From the IMG/VR virus record IMGVR_UViG_3300030419_006251, positions 128,001 through 192,000 of that record: a stretch of 64,000 nucleotides of DNA; one strand, written 5' to 3'. Positions 39,870 to 49,400 of the stretch are shown piece by piece. This stretch comes from a virus. Its lineage: Duplodnaviria > Caudoviricetes. Both the position numbers and the translations under genes were made by a program. Under the pieces are notes generated by a model. That model was not told where the DNA came from. It worked only from the letters and a program-made list of their open reading frames with translations, and ran no database searches. Every line of letters starts with the position of its first letter. Position 1 is the stretch's first letter.

Positions 39870-40072
39870 TTTATAGATTTTGTGATAACTCCCATGGGCG
39901 TACCATCTTCGTCATCTAGCCAAATAATTATCTCATCTTTGTTCTTTTCTTTAACTATTTTTTTATGACCAACTTCCTTTTTCGCTTTTTTTAAAGCAGC
40001 AGATTCGCTTGAATGTTTACTGATCATATCACCTTGAATAAAGCGACCATTCCATTTCCATACTTTATACAT
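39830..40072 (-). CDS. Hypothetical protein (3' end overlaps the tmRNA 5' end)
   Basis: 80-aa ORF; its last ~13 codons lie in the tmRNA. Confidence 0.55.
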   Translation of the reverse strand: MYKVWKWNGRFIQGDMISKHSSESAALKKAKKEVGHKKIVKEKNKDEIIIWLDDEDGTPMGVITKSIKGTKRLRQSKKKE

Positions 40073-40076
40073 ATTT

Positions 40077-40736
40077 TTAATAACCGTTAACTAAAGATTC
40101 AATCCAATTGCGTATCATGGATTCACTCCATCCATTTATACCGTATCTGAGTACCATGTTTTGATCAATTACAACTAAAGTAGGCCAGGAACTTATTGGA
40201 TATCCTGTTTGTGCTGTTGAATCTATCATTGTACGATCGCCAGCAAGTACTGGGGTATTAATACCATATGTTGTAACCCAATACTGTAGATCTGTCAAAT
40301 CAGGCGCCTCACCGGTGGCATCATCAATTAACACCGTTATCCAAATAAGGTTCTCGGCGCCATAGTCATTTACCAGCTCATCTCCTTTAGAGGCGATATT
40401 ATTACATACTCCACACCACATAGCCGATAAATCTAAAATAATCACCTTTTCATGAAAATCATATAGTTCAACCATTTCACCATTTTGGTCCATTAGTTCA
40501 AAATTGCACGGATGGTTGCCAGGGATTTGGCTACATGTGTCCCAAGTAATCCATGCATCTTCGGCTGGTTCTTCTTCAACAACTTCCGGGGGTGAAGTAT
40601 CTGCTTCTGCGGGATCCGCTTCTAATTCTGGTGCACATGCTGTATTACAGCCAACTACTAGTAATATAATTGCCATACATGTTAGCCACATTGTTGCCGC
40701 CGCCGCGGCTTTTATTAATATATTTTTTGTATTCAT
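40077..40736 (-). CDS. TlpA/redoxin-family thioredoxin-fold lipoprotein
   Basis: Signal peptide with lipobox-like LLVVGC; LDLSAMWCGVC (CxxC); WPTLVVID. Confidence 0.82.
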   Translation of the reverse strand: MNTKNILIKAAAAATMWLTCMAIILLVVGCNTACAPELEADPAEADTSPPEVVEEEPAEDAWITWDTCSQIPGNHPCNFELMDQNGEMVELYDFHEKVIILDLSAMWCGVCNNIASKGDELVNDYGAENLIWITVLIDDATGEAPDLTDLQYWVTTYGINTPVLAGDRTMIDSTAQTGYPISSWPTLVVIDQNMVLRYGINGWSESMIRNWIESLVNGY

Positions 40737-40753
40737 AATTTCCTTAATTTTGA

Positions 40754-40884
40754 GCCCATAGTGGGTGTATTACTCGCTCCAACACCATACTATCCCCTCT
40801 TTAATTTACCTTTTTAAAGCTCACCTCCCTAAAGGTCCGGCTCGTTAGAGGCATAGAACCGCAACTACCATTTGCACTATGGAC
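40754..40884 (-). ncRNA. Candidate structured RNA A (131 nt, multibranch with pseudoknot)
   Basis: Closing stem GTCCATAGTG/CACTATGGGC and internal stems CGGTTC/GAGCCG, ACCTTT/AAAGGT, GGTGT/ACACC. Two G:U pairs favour the minus strand. Confidence 0.6.
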
Positions 40885-41249
40885 TATTTTATTTTTAAAT
40901 CAGTAAAATATTCCTCAGTCTCATATTTTTTCTGCAATAAGTAAAGTGTTTTAAGATCGATTCCTAGAAACAATGCTGCTTCTTTTTTTGTACTGCATGC
41001 ACTTAAAGCATACTTAAAAGTTGCATCTTTAGCAATGTCTGTTAAAGAATTCCACAAAGGAATTCCGTATAATTTACCACCAGCTGCCTTGGCTGCTAGT
41101 TCTAATTTGAGACCTATAATTTCTTCTAAGCTCAAATTATTAAGCATAATTTCAAATTCAGTATTACTTTTTTTTGATTTCCTAAGCTTCGAAGCTATAC
41201 TATAGTTTGTATTAGCTCCTTTTCTTTTATTTTTTCTTTTAAAGCTCAT
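40884..41249 (-). CDS. Hypothetical protein with Fis-like HTH C-terminus
   Basis: TKKEAALFLGIDLKTLY. Confidence 0.55.
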   Translation of the reverse strand: MSFKRKNKRKGANTNYSIASKLRKSKKSNTEFEIMLNNLSLEEIIGLKLELAAKAAGGKLYGIPLWNSLTDIAKDATFKYALSACSTKKEAALFLGIDLKTLYLLQKKYETEEYFTDLKIK

Positions 41250-41311
41250 AATGCCACCTACCCACCCAGATTATCATATAAGTTAAGATCATTTAAGAAT
41301 TATTTAATTAT

Positions 41312-42220
41312 TTACAACCCCGGAGGCGGCGGAAGAGGTGGCATGCCTTCTTCTTCGGGCGGAGGCTCTAATCCTGGGGGCGCTTCTAAGCCCGGCGGAG
41401 GTGGAAGCTCATCTTCCATGGGAGGCCCACCAGCGCCAAGTCCAGCCTGTTCTTCATACGAAGGAGTTGTCGGTTCTTCCGGATTGCCCATTTCTTCTTC
41501 AAATGCATCAAAATGTAGTTTTAAGTTTGTAATTAAATATTCGTAGAATAGTTCTGCATCTTCTCCGCGCAAATCTTTATAAGCATTTTTAATTGTAGAG
41601 TCCGGACCATTAAAAGCTGCTTGCGCGCGCAAAGCTCCAGTTTCTTGATCATCAGTCAGATCACCTTCTAGACCACGGCGAAACTCCGCCTTTTCAGCCT
41701 CTAAAGTATCTTCTTCTGTAGGTTTCTTGCTTTTTCCGCGCACATCTATAAAGCGAGGATCCTCTTGAGGTGCACCAGTAGGTTCACCAATATCAAGTTC
41801 CAGTTGTTCACTAACCGGCACTTCTTCATTTTCTGGAGGCGCTTGCAACAAAGTTTCACTGTTTCCTGCGTCAGCTGAAGCTTTTAATGGTTTAATCAAA
41901 TTTTCAACTGCATTTAGAATGTGTACACGAAATGAGTCTCTTTGTTCACGACTAGAAGTTAATTTTTTATAATATGTTTCAAATATTTCTACAATATTGT
42001 CTAAAACTTCTTCTAAAATATTTATACCAGTGGCTCTACTTGGATCACCCACTGCTTCCATTTCATCTTGCTCAGATATTAATTGGCGAATTACTAATCT
42101 TAATTGCTCTTCTTCTCGTTGCTCTGTGAGTTTTTTCTTTGCCTTAACAACTTTGATAATTTTTCTAATCTGTTCTCTAAGGTGCAGTTCTTCTAGAAAT
42201 TGTTCTCGTTTGATGATCAT
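41312..42220 (-). CDS. Acidic putative internal head protein with Pro-rich tail
   Basis: LxE motifs, LRLVIRQLISE, C-terminal poly-Pro. Confidence 0.5.
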   Translation of the reverse strand: MIIKREQFLEELHLREQIRKIIKVVKAKKKLTEQREEEQLRLVIRQLISEQDEMEAVGDPSRATGINILEEVLDNIVEIFETYYKKLTSSREQRDSFRVHILNAVENLIKPLKASADAGNSETLLQAPPENEEVPVSEQLELDIGEPTGAPQEDPRFIDVRGKSKKPTEEDTLEAEKAEFRRGLEGDLTDDQETGALRAQAAFNGPDSTIKNAYKDLRGEDAELFYEYLITNLKLHFDAFEEEMGNPEEPTTPSYEEQAGLGAGGPPMEDELPPPPGLEAPPGLEPPPEEEGMPPLPPPPGL

Positions 42221-42243
42221 TTTAGTACCTCATTTATAAATAG

Positions 42244-44634
42244 TTATCTAGCAATCGTTTGTAAAAAATAATTTAATATTTCCTCAGTCAAGTCTTCTCT
42301 AAAAATTGTAGGCTCTTCGTCTTCGTCGTCCTCATCTCGCTTAGCAGAACCTACATAACCTTGAACAGCTCCTCCGCCAGCAGATGATATCTCATTTACA
42401 GCATCTGCTTGACCTTGTTGAAATTCTTTGTTTTTCTTTTCTTTTGCCTCTGCTTCCATAGCTTGTGCTAATTGTTTTTGAAACTGACCTAATGGTTCCA
42501 TAGTTCTAGCGGTAGCTTGTTGAGCGACTCCTCCTACAATTTCTCCGGTCTGTCCGGTAAGATTGTCAACAAATCCTCTTCCCATATCAGAAAACATTGG
42601 CGCTAATTGATCCATCAACTCTTTTGGTATATTACTCAATCCGCCTTCAATATTTTGTAAGATTTCCGGAAATTGCCCGGCCACATTACCTGCAGGACTT
42701 CGAGGATCTCCAAGTGCTTCTACAACCATCTCATATAAAGTATCAGAATTTCTTCTACCCGGGGCTTGAGACACACCTAGTGTTTGTAATATTTTATTAA
42801 CACTTCCGTAGCTTTTTTCCGGAATAAATTTGGTGATGTCCAACCCTTGTTCTATAGCTTCTCTAAAAGTGGTGGCACTCATTGGCTTTTGTGTATCAGG
42901 ATCTATAATGTTTGGAACTGGATCTACTTCCAAATCAACGCCTTCGGGCTTATATTGTTCAGCTTGACCTCTAAAGCGATTTCCATCCTTGGCTCCAGCT
43001 ACCATATTAACCCTTTGTCCGGGTTTTGCATTTTGTAAAATATCATATGCAATGTGCATAGGGTTTCCGCCCGGCGGTGCTTGCAAAATATAAAAATTCA
43101 CTCCGGCATCATTAGCATAAATTTCCCATATTTTCGCAGCAGTATCAAAGTCAATAGGTACATCGTTTATACTTCGCGGCCTAGTTTTTGCTGCGCCACC
43201 CATAATAACAATTGGGAACTCAACTTCGGAAGCCATTGTTTCGGCAGCTTGGAAATGTCCTTTATGTGGAGGCTTAAATCCTCCGGGAAACACACCAATT
43301 GATTCATAACCAGATAAAAGTTCGTACAGATCTGCTGGAGATGGCGAATCAACCATTTTAACGCCCTCAGACAGCTGCTGACTGCCTTGTGACATAATTG
43401 CCGGGGCTGTACCCCGACCATACTTGAAGAGGCCTAGAAGCTGGTTTATGGGCGCAAAATTGCCTGTGAACTTATACATTTGATCGCCTAGTTGAAATAC
43501 AAATCCTTCGACTGTTGTATTAATATTATCGTGGCTCTTGAGTTTTTTAAGTTGTTTCTTTAATACTTCATGTGCCTCTTCTGCGCCGGGCCCGCCATAT
43601 CTAGAAATTTGTTCTATTGCATTTTGAACCTCTTTTCTTAATCTTTGCAATTCGGCTTTGTTATCTAAAATATATGCACTTTCCATTCCCTTGAGCATCT
43701 CTACGGAAAAATCGTGAATTGCATCTTCGATTGGAAATATAATTTTACTTAGTATTTTTGATCCGTCCTTGATTATATCGCGAATCGAAGTTTTTTCTTC
43801 GTCTCTCATTCCTTGATAAATCAATCTTAAATTTTTTGCTCCCGGAAGATTTAAGATTTTATCTTTTATATCTTTTTGGGTCTGCGCGCCAAAATAAGAC
43901 ATTTCGCTTCTTAAAAATTCTTCTAATCCTTTCTCTAAATAATTTCCGATAGTCATTGAACCGGAAAAGCCAGCATCTTTTAATTTTTCAATTGCCTCTT
44001 CATACGGCCTATCATCACTTAAGGCCTGTAATTGCATCACCGCAGTTCGTCTAACAGAAAAATCTGTACCACTGCCAGACTCTTCAAATCGATTTAAAAG
44101 TGCGTCTAACATTCTAGAATTTTGTTCTGCGTCAACTACTTCTACTTTATTTGTATCTGGTATATATCTTTTGTGGCCACCGTGATGAATCGATAGTACA
44201 TTTGCATCATAATTAACAACATTAGAAGCCCCTGGTCCTTGAATTTCTGTGTTATAAAATATTTCGCCATTTTGACCAAAAACAGCTGCTTGTTCTTCTG
44301 GCCTCATTGAATCGATCGCCTTTTGAAAAGAACGAAAAGCTCGAAGATAAACATCCTTAATTGCATCTCCGCCGGCGAACTGCCTCATTTTTAAATCGCG
44401 AATTGTCCGACCGCCGGCAGCCATATCACCTTTATTTCTAGCATATAGAGCTAATCCTCCACGAGAGCCGAGATAAATATTGAAACCATCAGTTTTTTCA
44501 GTACCTACCAACTTACCGCCAGCAGCTTTTCTCAAAATAGAGCTAATTTCATTAAATGTTAATTCTCTATTATCATACAAGTGAGATAAGTGGCCGGCCA
44601 CGCCGCCCTCTAATAACAAATAAAGCTTTTTCAT
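42244..44634 (-). CDS. RNA-ligase-like (KxDG) domain fused to an HxGH nucleotidyltransferase
   Basis: EKTDG (motif I), NTEI, VEGFVF (IV), MYKF (V); then PGGFKPPHKGH and MSATTFRE. Confidence 0.7.
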   Translation of the reverse strand: MKKLYLLLEGGVAGHLSHLYDNRELTFNEISSILRKAAGGKLVGTEKTDGFNIYLGSRGGLALYARNKGDMAAGGRTIRDLKMRQFAGGDAIKDVYLRAFRSFQKAIDSMRPEEQAAVFGQNGEIFYNTEIQGPGASNVVNYDANVLSIHHGGHKRYIPDTNKVEVVDAEQNSRMLDALLNRFEESGSGTDFSVRRTAVMQLQALSDDRPYEEAIEKLKDAGFSGSMTIGNYLEKGLEEFLRSEMSYFGAQTQKDIKDKILNLPGAKNLRLIYQGMRDEEKTSIRDIIKDGSKILSKIIFPIEDAIHDFSVEMLKGMESAYILDNKAELQRLRKEVQNAIEQISRYGGPGAEEAHEVLKKQLKKLKSHDNINTTVEGFVFQLGDQMYKFTGNFAPINQLLGLFKYGRGTAPAIMSQGSQQLSEGVKMVDSPSPADLYELLSGYESIGVFPGGFKPPHKGHFQAAETMASEVEFPIVIMGGAAKTRPRSINDVPIDFDTAAKIWEIYANDAGVNFYILQAPPGGNPMHIAYDILQNAKPGQRVNMVAGAKDGNRFRGQAEQYKPEGVDLEVDPVPNIIDPDTQKPMSATTFREAIEQGLDITKFIPEKSYGSVNKILQTLGVSQAPGRRNSDTLYEMVVEALGDPRSPAGNVAGQFPEILQNIEGGLSNIPKELMDQLAPMFSDMGRGFVDNLTGQTGEIVGGVAQQATARTMEPLGQFQKQLAQAMEAEAKEKKNKEFQQGQADAVNEISSAGGGAVQGYVGSAKRDEDDEDEEPTIFREDLTEEILNYFLQTIAR

Positions 44635-44888
44635 TTTTGCTTAGATTCCTCTAAAACTTTTACTTGCTCCTCTAATACTCTAACTTGTTCTTCGAGCTTT
44701 TTAGTGCGTCTTTTAATTTCCTTTAATTGACTTTTTGCAATTTCTACTCTTCTTTGTCCTGTCTGAGTTTTAGGATTTAATTTAGATAATGTCTCTCCAA
44801 GAGCTTGAATATAACTATGTACACTAGGAGACTTGTCTTCTCCTAAAAGAAATCTTCTTGTAATAAAGTTTAATTTACTGTAATTCAT
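44631..44888 (-). CDS. Small coiled-coil protein
   Basis: Heptad repeats with LEE motifs. Confidence 0.55.
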   Translation of the reverse strand: MNYSKLNFITRRFLLGEDKSPSVHSYIQALGETLSKLNPKTQTGQRRVEIAKSQLKEIKRRTKKLEEQVRVLEEQVKVLEESKQK

Positions 44889-44892
44889 TTTT

Positions 44893-45441
44893 TTATCCTA
44901 TGTGTGTTTTATAAGCTTTTGGATTAATTCTTAATCTTATGCCTTTTGTGGCGTAGCTAAACGGTACGCCTCTTCTAGAACCTCCCGCAAATTCAGTTGT
45001 CAAAGTATTACTAGTAACTCCATTCCAATGAGAATAGTTATTATATGAAATTGTTGTATTTCCGACAATACCAATAACATCAGAAGTTAAAGTTAGTGTT
45101 GCGCTTGATTGTGTTGCGGTAATTGATAAAGAAGAAGCATTAATTTTAGCTGCAAGATCAGTAGCGGTGCCTGTACCGCCGCCACCGCTAGCAGCAATAT
45201 TATTAACAGCAATATTGCCGCTCGTTACTCCATTGTTCTCGTTATCGATCTCGAATGTAGCTGAAGTTCCATCAGAATCAACTAGCGTGATTGTAGAGGC
45301 ATCGTTTGGCGTATCCGTAAATGTAATAACAGCTGTTGCTTTCCCAGTATAACCCGACGCAAATTCAAAGTCTTGTGACAATCGTTCGTAATGGTTCATT
45401 ACAAAATTATCTTCATAATAGTGTTTCTTCTTATATGCCAT
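44893..45441 (-). CDS. Putative virion structural protein (Ser/Thr-rich beta domain)
   Basis: KATAVITFTDTPNDASTITLVDSDG..., typical of phage structural beta-sandwich modules. Probable start at 45441. Confidence 0.45.
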   Translation of the reverse strand: MAYKKKHYYEDNFVMNHYERLSQDFEFASGYTGKATAVITFTDTPNDASTITLVDSDGTSATFEIDNENNGVTSGNIAVNNIAASGGGGTGTATDLAAKINASSLSITATQSSATLTLTSDVIGIVGNTTISYNNYSHWNGVTSNTLTTEFAGGSRRGVPFSYATKGIRLRINPKAYKTHIG

Positions 45442-45634
45442 ATTATCTCCTAAAATCGCTAGATTCACATTTATGTATAGTTATTTTTTTTGGTATACAT
45501 GCCCATAACCCACAAGACAATTTTTCAAGCATAAAATTATATGCTAAATTTTTATTTTTAAATGGTGTGTAATTTCTTTCTCCCATTGTATTTTTCCAAA
45601 CGACATAAGTCTCTTTCATACTTCATGTTATCCT

Positions 45635-46423
45635 CTACTTGGTCCATTTACGAACTAGTCTCTCATAAAGACCTTTTTCATACCACTCTTTGTCTGATAA
45701 ATTTTCATCTATTCCGGTGTCCAAGGTTCCTAGCTCCCAGCCGAGTTCCTCTTCTCCAGGTGAAGCAGACGGAGGGGCAACTATTCCAGTGTCCAAGGTT
45801 CCTGGCTCCCAGCCGAGTTCCTCTTCTTTGCCCCAGGGCGCACGCCCACTCGGCGGAGCAGCCGGCGTAGCCGTTTCCGGAGGGCGAACCTCCGGCGGAG
45901 GGCTCGTAACCAATCCTCGTCTGTCAGCTTCGCGCTGCAGCGCGTTTTCAGCTTCGTCTTCAACCTGCAATATGCGTAAGAGGTCCTCATCGCTCATCAT
46001 AGCAATAGCGGCGCCTTCGCCCACGGACTTTCCTGCTTTTGCCAAAGCGCCTCCGCCGGCGGCAATCAACGGCTCTAATACCGCATCGAGCCATGATTGA
46101 TCGTCAGAAGGATCGTCAGAAGCTCTCGACGCCAAGTGTGCGGCTCCTCCATCAGATTGTGACTCTTGTTGTTCTCTCAAAACATCGTTAATTATTTGTC
46201 TAATAAGAGCTTCTGGAAGAGCTTCCGATTCCGGATAAGCCGCTTCATCCGCATCACCGTCGCGATTCGCCGGCGACAGAGTTGACTCCATTTTTTTAGC
46301 CAGCGTTTCTGCTCGTTCGTCTCGATTTGCAGGGCTTGGTAAATCTCCGCGCATTCCCCAACCTTCGTTTAGTTGTCTCCTGATTATCGATTCAATTTGT
46401 TTTCTTGTTAATTTTTTAGACAT
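45635..46423 (-). CDS. Acidic putative internal head protein with an internal duplication
   Basis: IESIIRRQLNE motif; EELGWExGTLDTGI twice. Confidence 0.55.
   Translation of the reverse strand: MSKKLTRKQIESIIRRQLNEGWGMRGDLPSPANRDERAETLAKKMESTLSPANRDGDADEAAYPESEALPEALIRQIINDVLREQQESQSDGGAAHLASRASDDPSDDQSWLDAVLEPLIAAGGGALAKAGKSVGEGAAIAMMSDEDLLRILQVEDEAENALQREADRRGLVTSPPPEVRPPETATPAAPPSGRAPWGKEEELGWEPGTLDTGIVAPPSASPGEEELGWELGTLDTGIDENLSDKEWYEKGLYERLVRKWTK
45709..45827. repeat. 47-bp direct repeat, 72-bp period, in frame
   Basis: 45709-45755 and 45781-45827 differ at 2 positions. Confidence 0.9.
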
Positions 46424-46424
46424 A

Positions 46425-49400
46425 TTATTTTGCTCCTTTTAATTTTGCTATAATTTGTTCTCGAATAACGCTCTCAAGATTAGTTCTCGATAATCTAATG
46501 GACTTTCCAACGAAAGCTTTATTAACTTGTTCTATAATTAGTTGTTTGATCGGGTCTTCGCTATAAATTCGATTATAATTTCTATTTTCGCGTAGATCTC
46601 TCTTCGGTACACCAGACTGGCCAGTAGTTCCGGTACGATTTTCTTCTGGTCTCATAAATCTAATCTCTGGAGGTTCTGTAAGATTCCATGCTTCTATAAG
46701 AGCGTTAAGAGATCTTTGCCATTCGCCCGACTCACTATCAAAGAAAGAATCTGGAATTCCACCGGTTGCACCCCTAACTCCAGTGGCCGAAGCCATAAGA
46801 TCTCCTGGGAAGACATTGATCACATTCGTGTGTGGATTATAAAATCCAATTTGCACAACATCGCCAATAACCAGACCCTGGGGACCAGTGTCTTGAATAT
46901 AGAATTTGGTTCGATCGCGTGTCCCTCCTTGTTCAATTTCCCACCGAAACATATTAGCATCTGAAGCAAAGGTCTCCGCCAAAGCAGCCTGCGCTGCCGA
47001 ATCAACTTCAGTTTGTGCGTTTAATGACCCAACGACATTACCTTGTGTATTTGTATATCGAGGATTGACGCTGGAAGTTTCCGGATTACCTTCAGAAGCA
47101 GCTTCAGAGTTATTGGCTAACCAATCTTCTAGCGATATGCCGGCCCGAGATGCCCTGTATCTTTCAACAGAATCCGGTGCTTCTGGATTTCCTCCAACAA
47201 CGACATATCGTCTACCCCGGCTTTCTGCTCCAGGTCCATACCACACATCATTAATTGGTACAGTTTCTGGCTGTTGGCCTCTGAGGTGTGCGGGAATACG
47301 CTCTCGACGCATTGAACCATCAGCTTGAGTAACAAGCCTATACTCTCCTTCTTGTGAGCCTATAAGTGGCGCGCCTGGAGTTCCTCCGCCTTGAGCCATA
47401 CGAGTAATATCTTCACCAGTTTGAGAACTAGGCAACTGTGCCCACATTGCTGCAACTATTGCTTCGGCCGGCGAGGGCATATCTTCAAGACCTTCTATAT
47501 TTCCAATAAGTGGTCTTGCGTCACGCAAGCTTTCTGTTGCATATAATAGTTCTGGTGCATACTGTAACATCCAGCGCTGAGTCTCCGCGTCTGCTCCTCT
47601 TTTAGGATCCCACCAACCTCGATAGAAAGTTGCAGCAATATCGTCTCCAAATTTTCCATGAAGCATATCTTTTCTTCTGCCGTGTACCGCCTGATCCTCT
47701 AATACTTGTGAGTAACCATCCCAAAGTACTTTTTCGTCTTCAGTGGCTACATAATTATACCAATAAGAGATAAAATCTGATGCATTTCCAATTGGGTCTA
47801 AGCCTCCAAGAGCCATTTCAACGCTGGTCATAGGAATGTTTTCTCCTTCTGGTATCGTATCTGATCCTAAAGTAAACAAAGGTTGATCACCGTATTTTGT
47901 TTGCAAGCCGGCAGCATAATTTTCGCCTGAACCACCATGTAATTCAATAGATTCGTCATATATGCTGATCATCTCTTCATCAGATGCCATAGGTCCTCGG
48001 CGTACCGGCTGTGAAGATGCATCAGCCCTGAATTCAGTCGGCCCTCCGAGACCCATAAGATCCATCACGCCGGCTCCAATAGTAGGAATCATTCCCACAT
48101 CACCGCCGGCATTGTGATAAAGAATCGTGTAATGTTCACCTTGGCGAAGAGTTCGAACCTGCAAGGCAGTCTGAGCTATATCAATATCTGCCACACCATC
48201 ACCGTCATGATCATCTGGTAATAGGCCAGCCTCTTGCCATCGTCTTAACATATTGAGCCTAAATTCCATTTGGGTTGCAATACCCTCTTCACCCAAAACT
48301 CCAGCGCCAGGATCTCCAATTGCAGACATCATAATCGTCTCATATAGACTACGGCCGGCATGCTTAACCATATCTGCATCAACCAAACCGATGCCTTGTA
48401 TCTCTACAACATTCGTCGGCGCAGCAGCAATGCCAGTTTCCGGATCTACTTCCCCGGGTGCCGGCGCCCATGGCCTCTCTCGATTCTCCGGGTCTGACTC
48501 ATCTAAAGACCAGGAACTTAATAAGCTAGTACTGTAGGCTGTCGCACGATCGGGATCTAACATATCTCCCCGGGGAGTGAAGTTAGCTACAAATTCAAAA
48601 ACAATATCTCTGTAGCTATTAAGTTGTTCATGATTCTCTCTTCCTTGATTAAAAAATCCCAAATGATGGCCAATATGAGCAGTAGTTCTACCCTCACTAT
48701 AAACTCCACCATAATCAATCAAATACTGTGTAGTAGAAATGGGCTGAGCTTCCCCTGTTTCCGGATCAACATCATAATGATCTCTATAGAGAACCATATC
48801 ACCCATAATATCAACAAATCCGGCGCCTAATTCTGTTTCAGATAAAGCTGTAAAATATTCTTGTTCAAATTCACTAGCATGCTCAGGCGGCCTAAGAATG
48901 TCTTCTGGCATAAAAGGACGATACATCGGTTCGTTTGGTGTATCTGGATTACCGTCTGTATCAACTCCTTCTGGTGCCGCATCGTTTGCGATACATCCAA
49001 CGGATTCGGGAGTCGACAGACCCATATTACTCATCGCTAGCGAACAAGCATCGTTTAGATCAGCAACAGTTCTACTCTCCCCTGCCAACTCTCTAGCGGT
49101 AGCAGATTTCATTAATAATAGCTGATTCATTCTGTGAAGCATTTCAACTCTTTCAAATTCTTCGGCACGGCTTTCTATTAAATTTGCGCTTGGATCTGCA
49201 GATCCAATAACTTCTGTATTGATAATTCTTCTAAGCGCCGGCCCGTATCTTGGGTCCTCAGAAGCACTGGTTAAGAGTTCTGTGTTTTCTAAAATTTGTG
49301 CGTCATCTAAATCGCTTAGATCTTCTGCTTGATATAGACCACTTTGAACAGCATATGTGCGTAATTGATTAGTGAACTCTCTTCTTTGTTCAGTTATGGT

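Noticed and set aside
37259-44634. Complete phage NAD-reconstitution pathway (NARP1/NARP2)
   Set aside because: Only HxGH nucleotidyltransferase domains are present; no Nampt/Namat or PRPP-synthetase-like gene is seen in this window.
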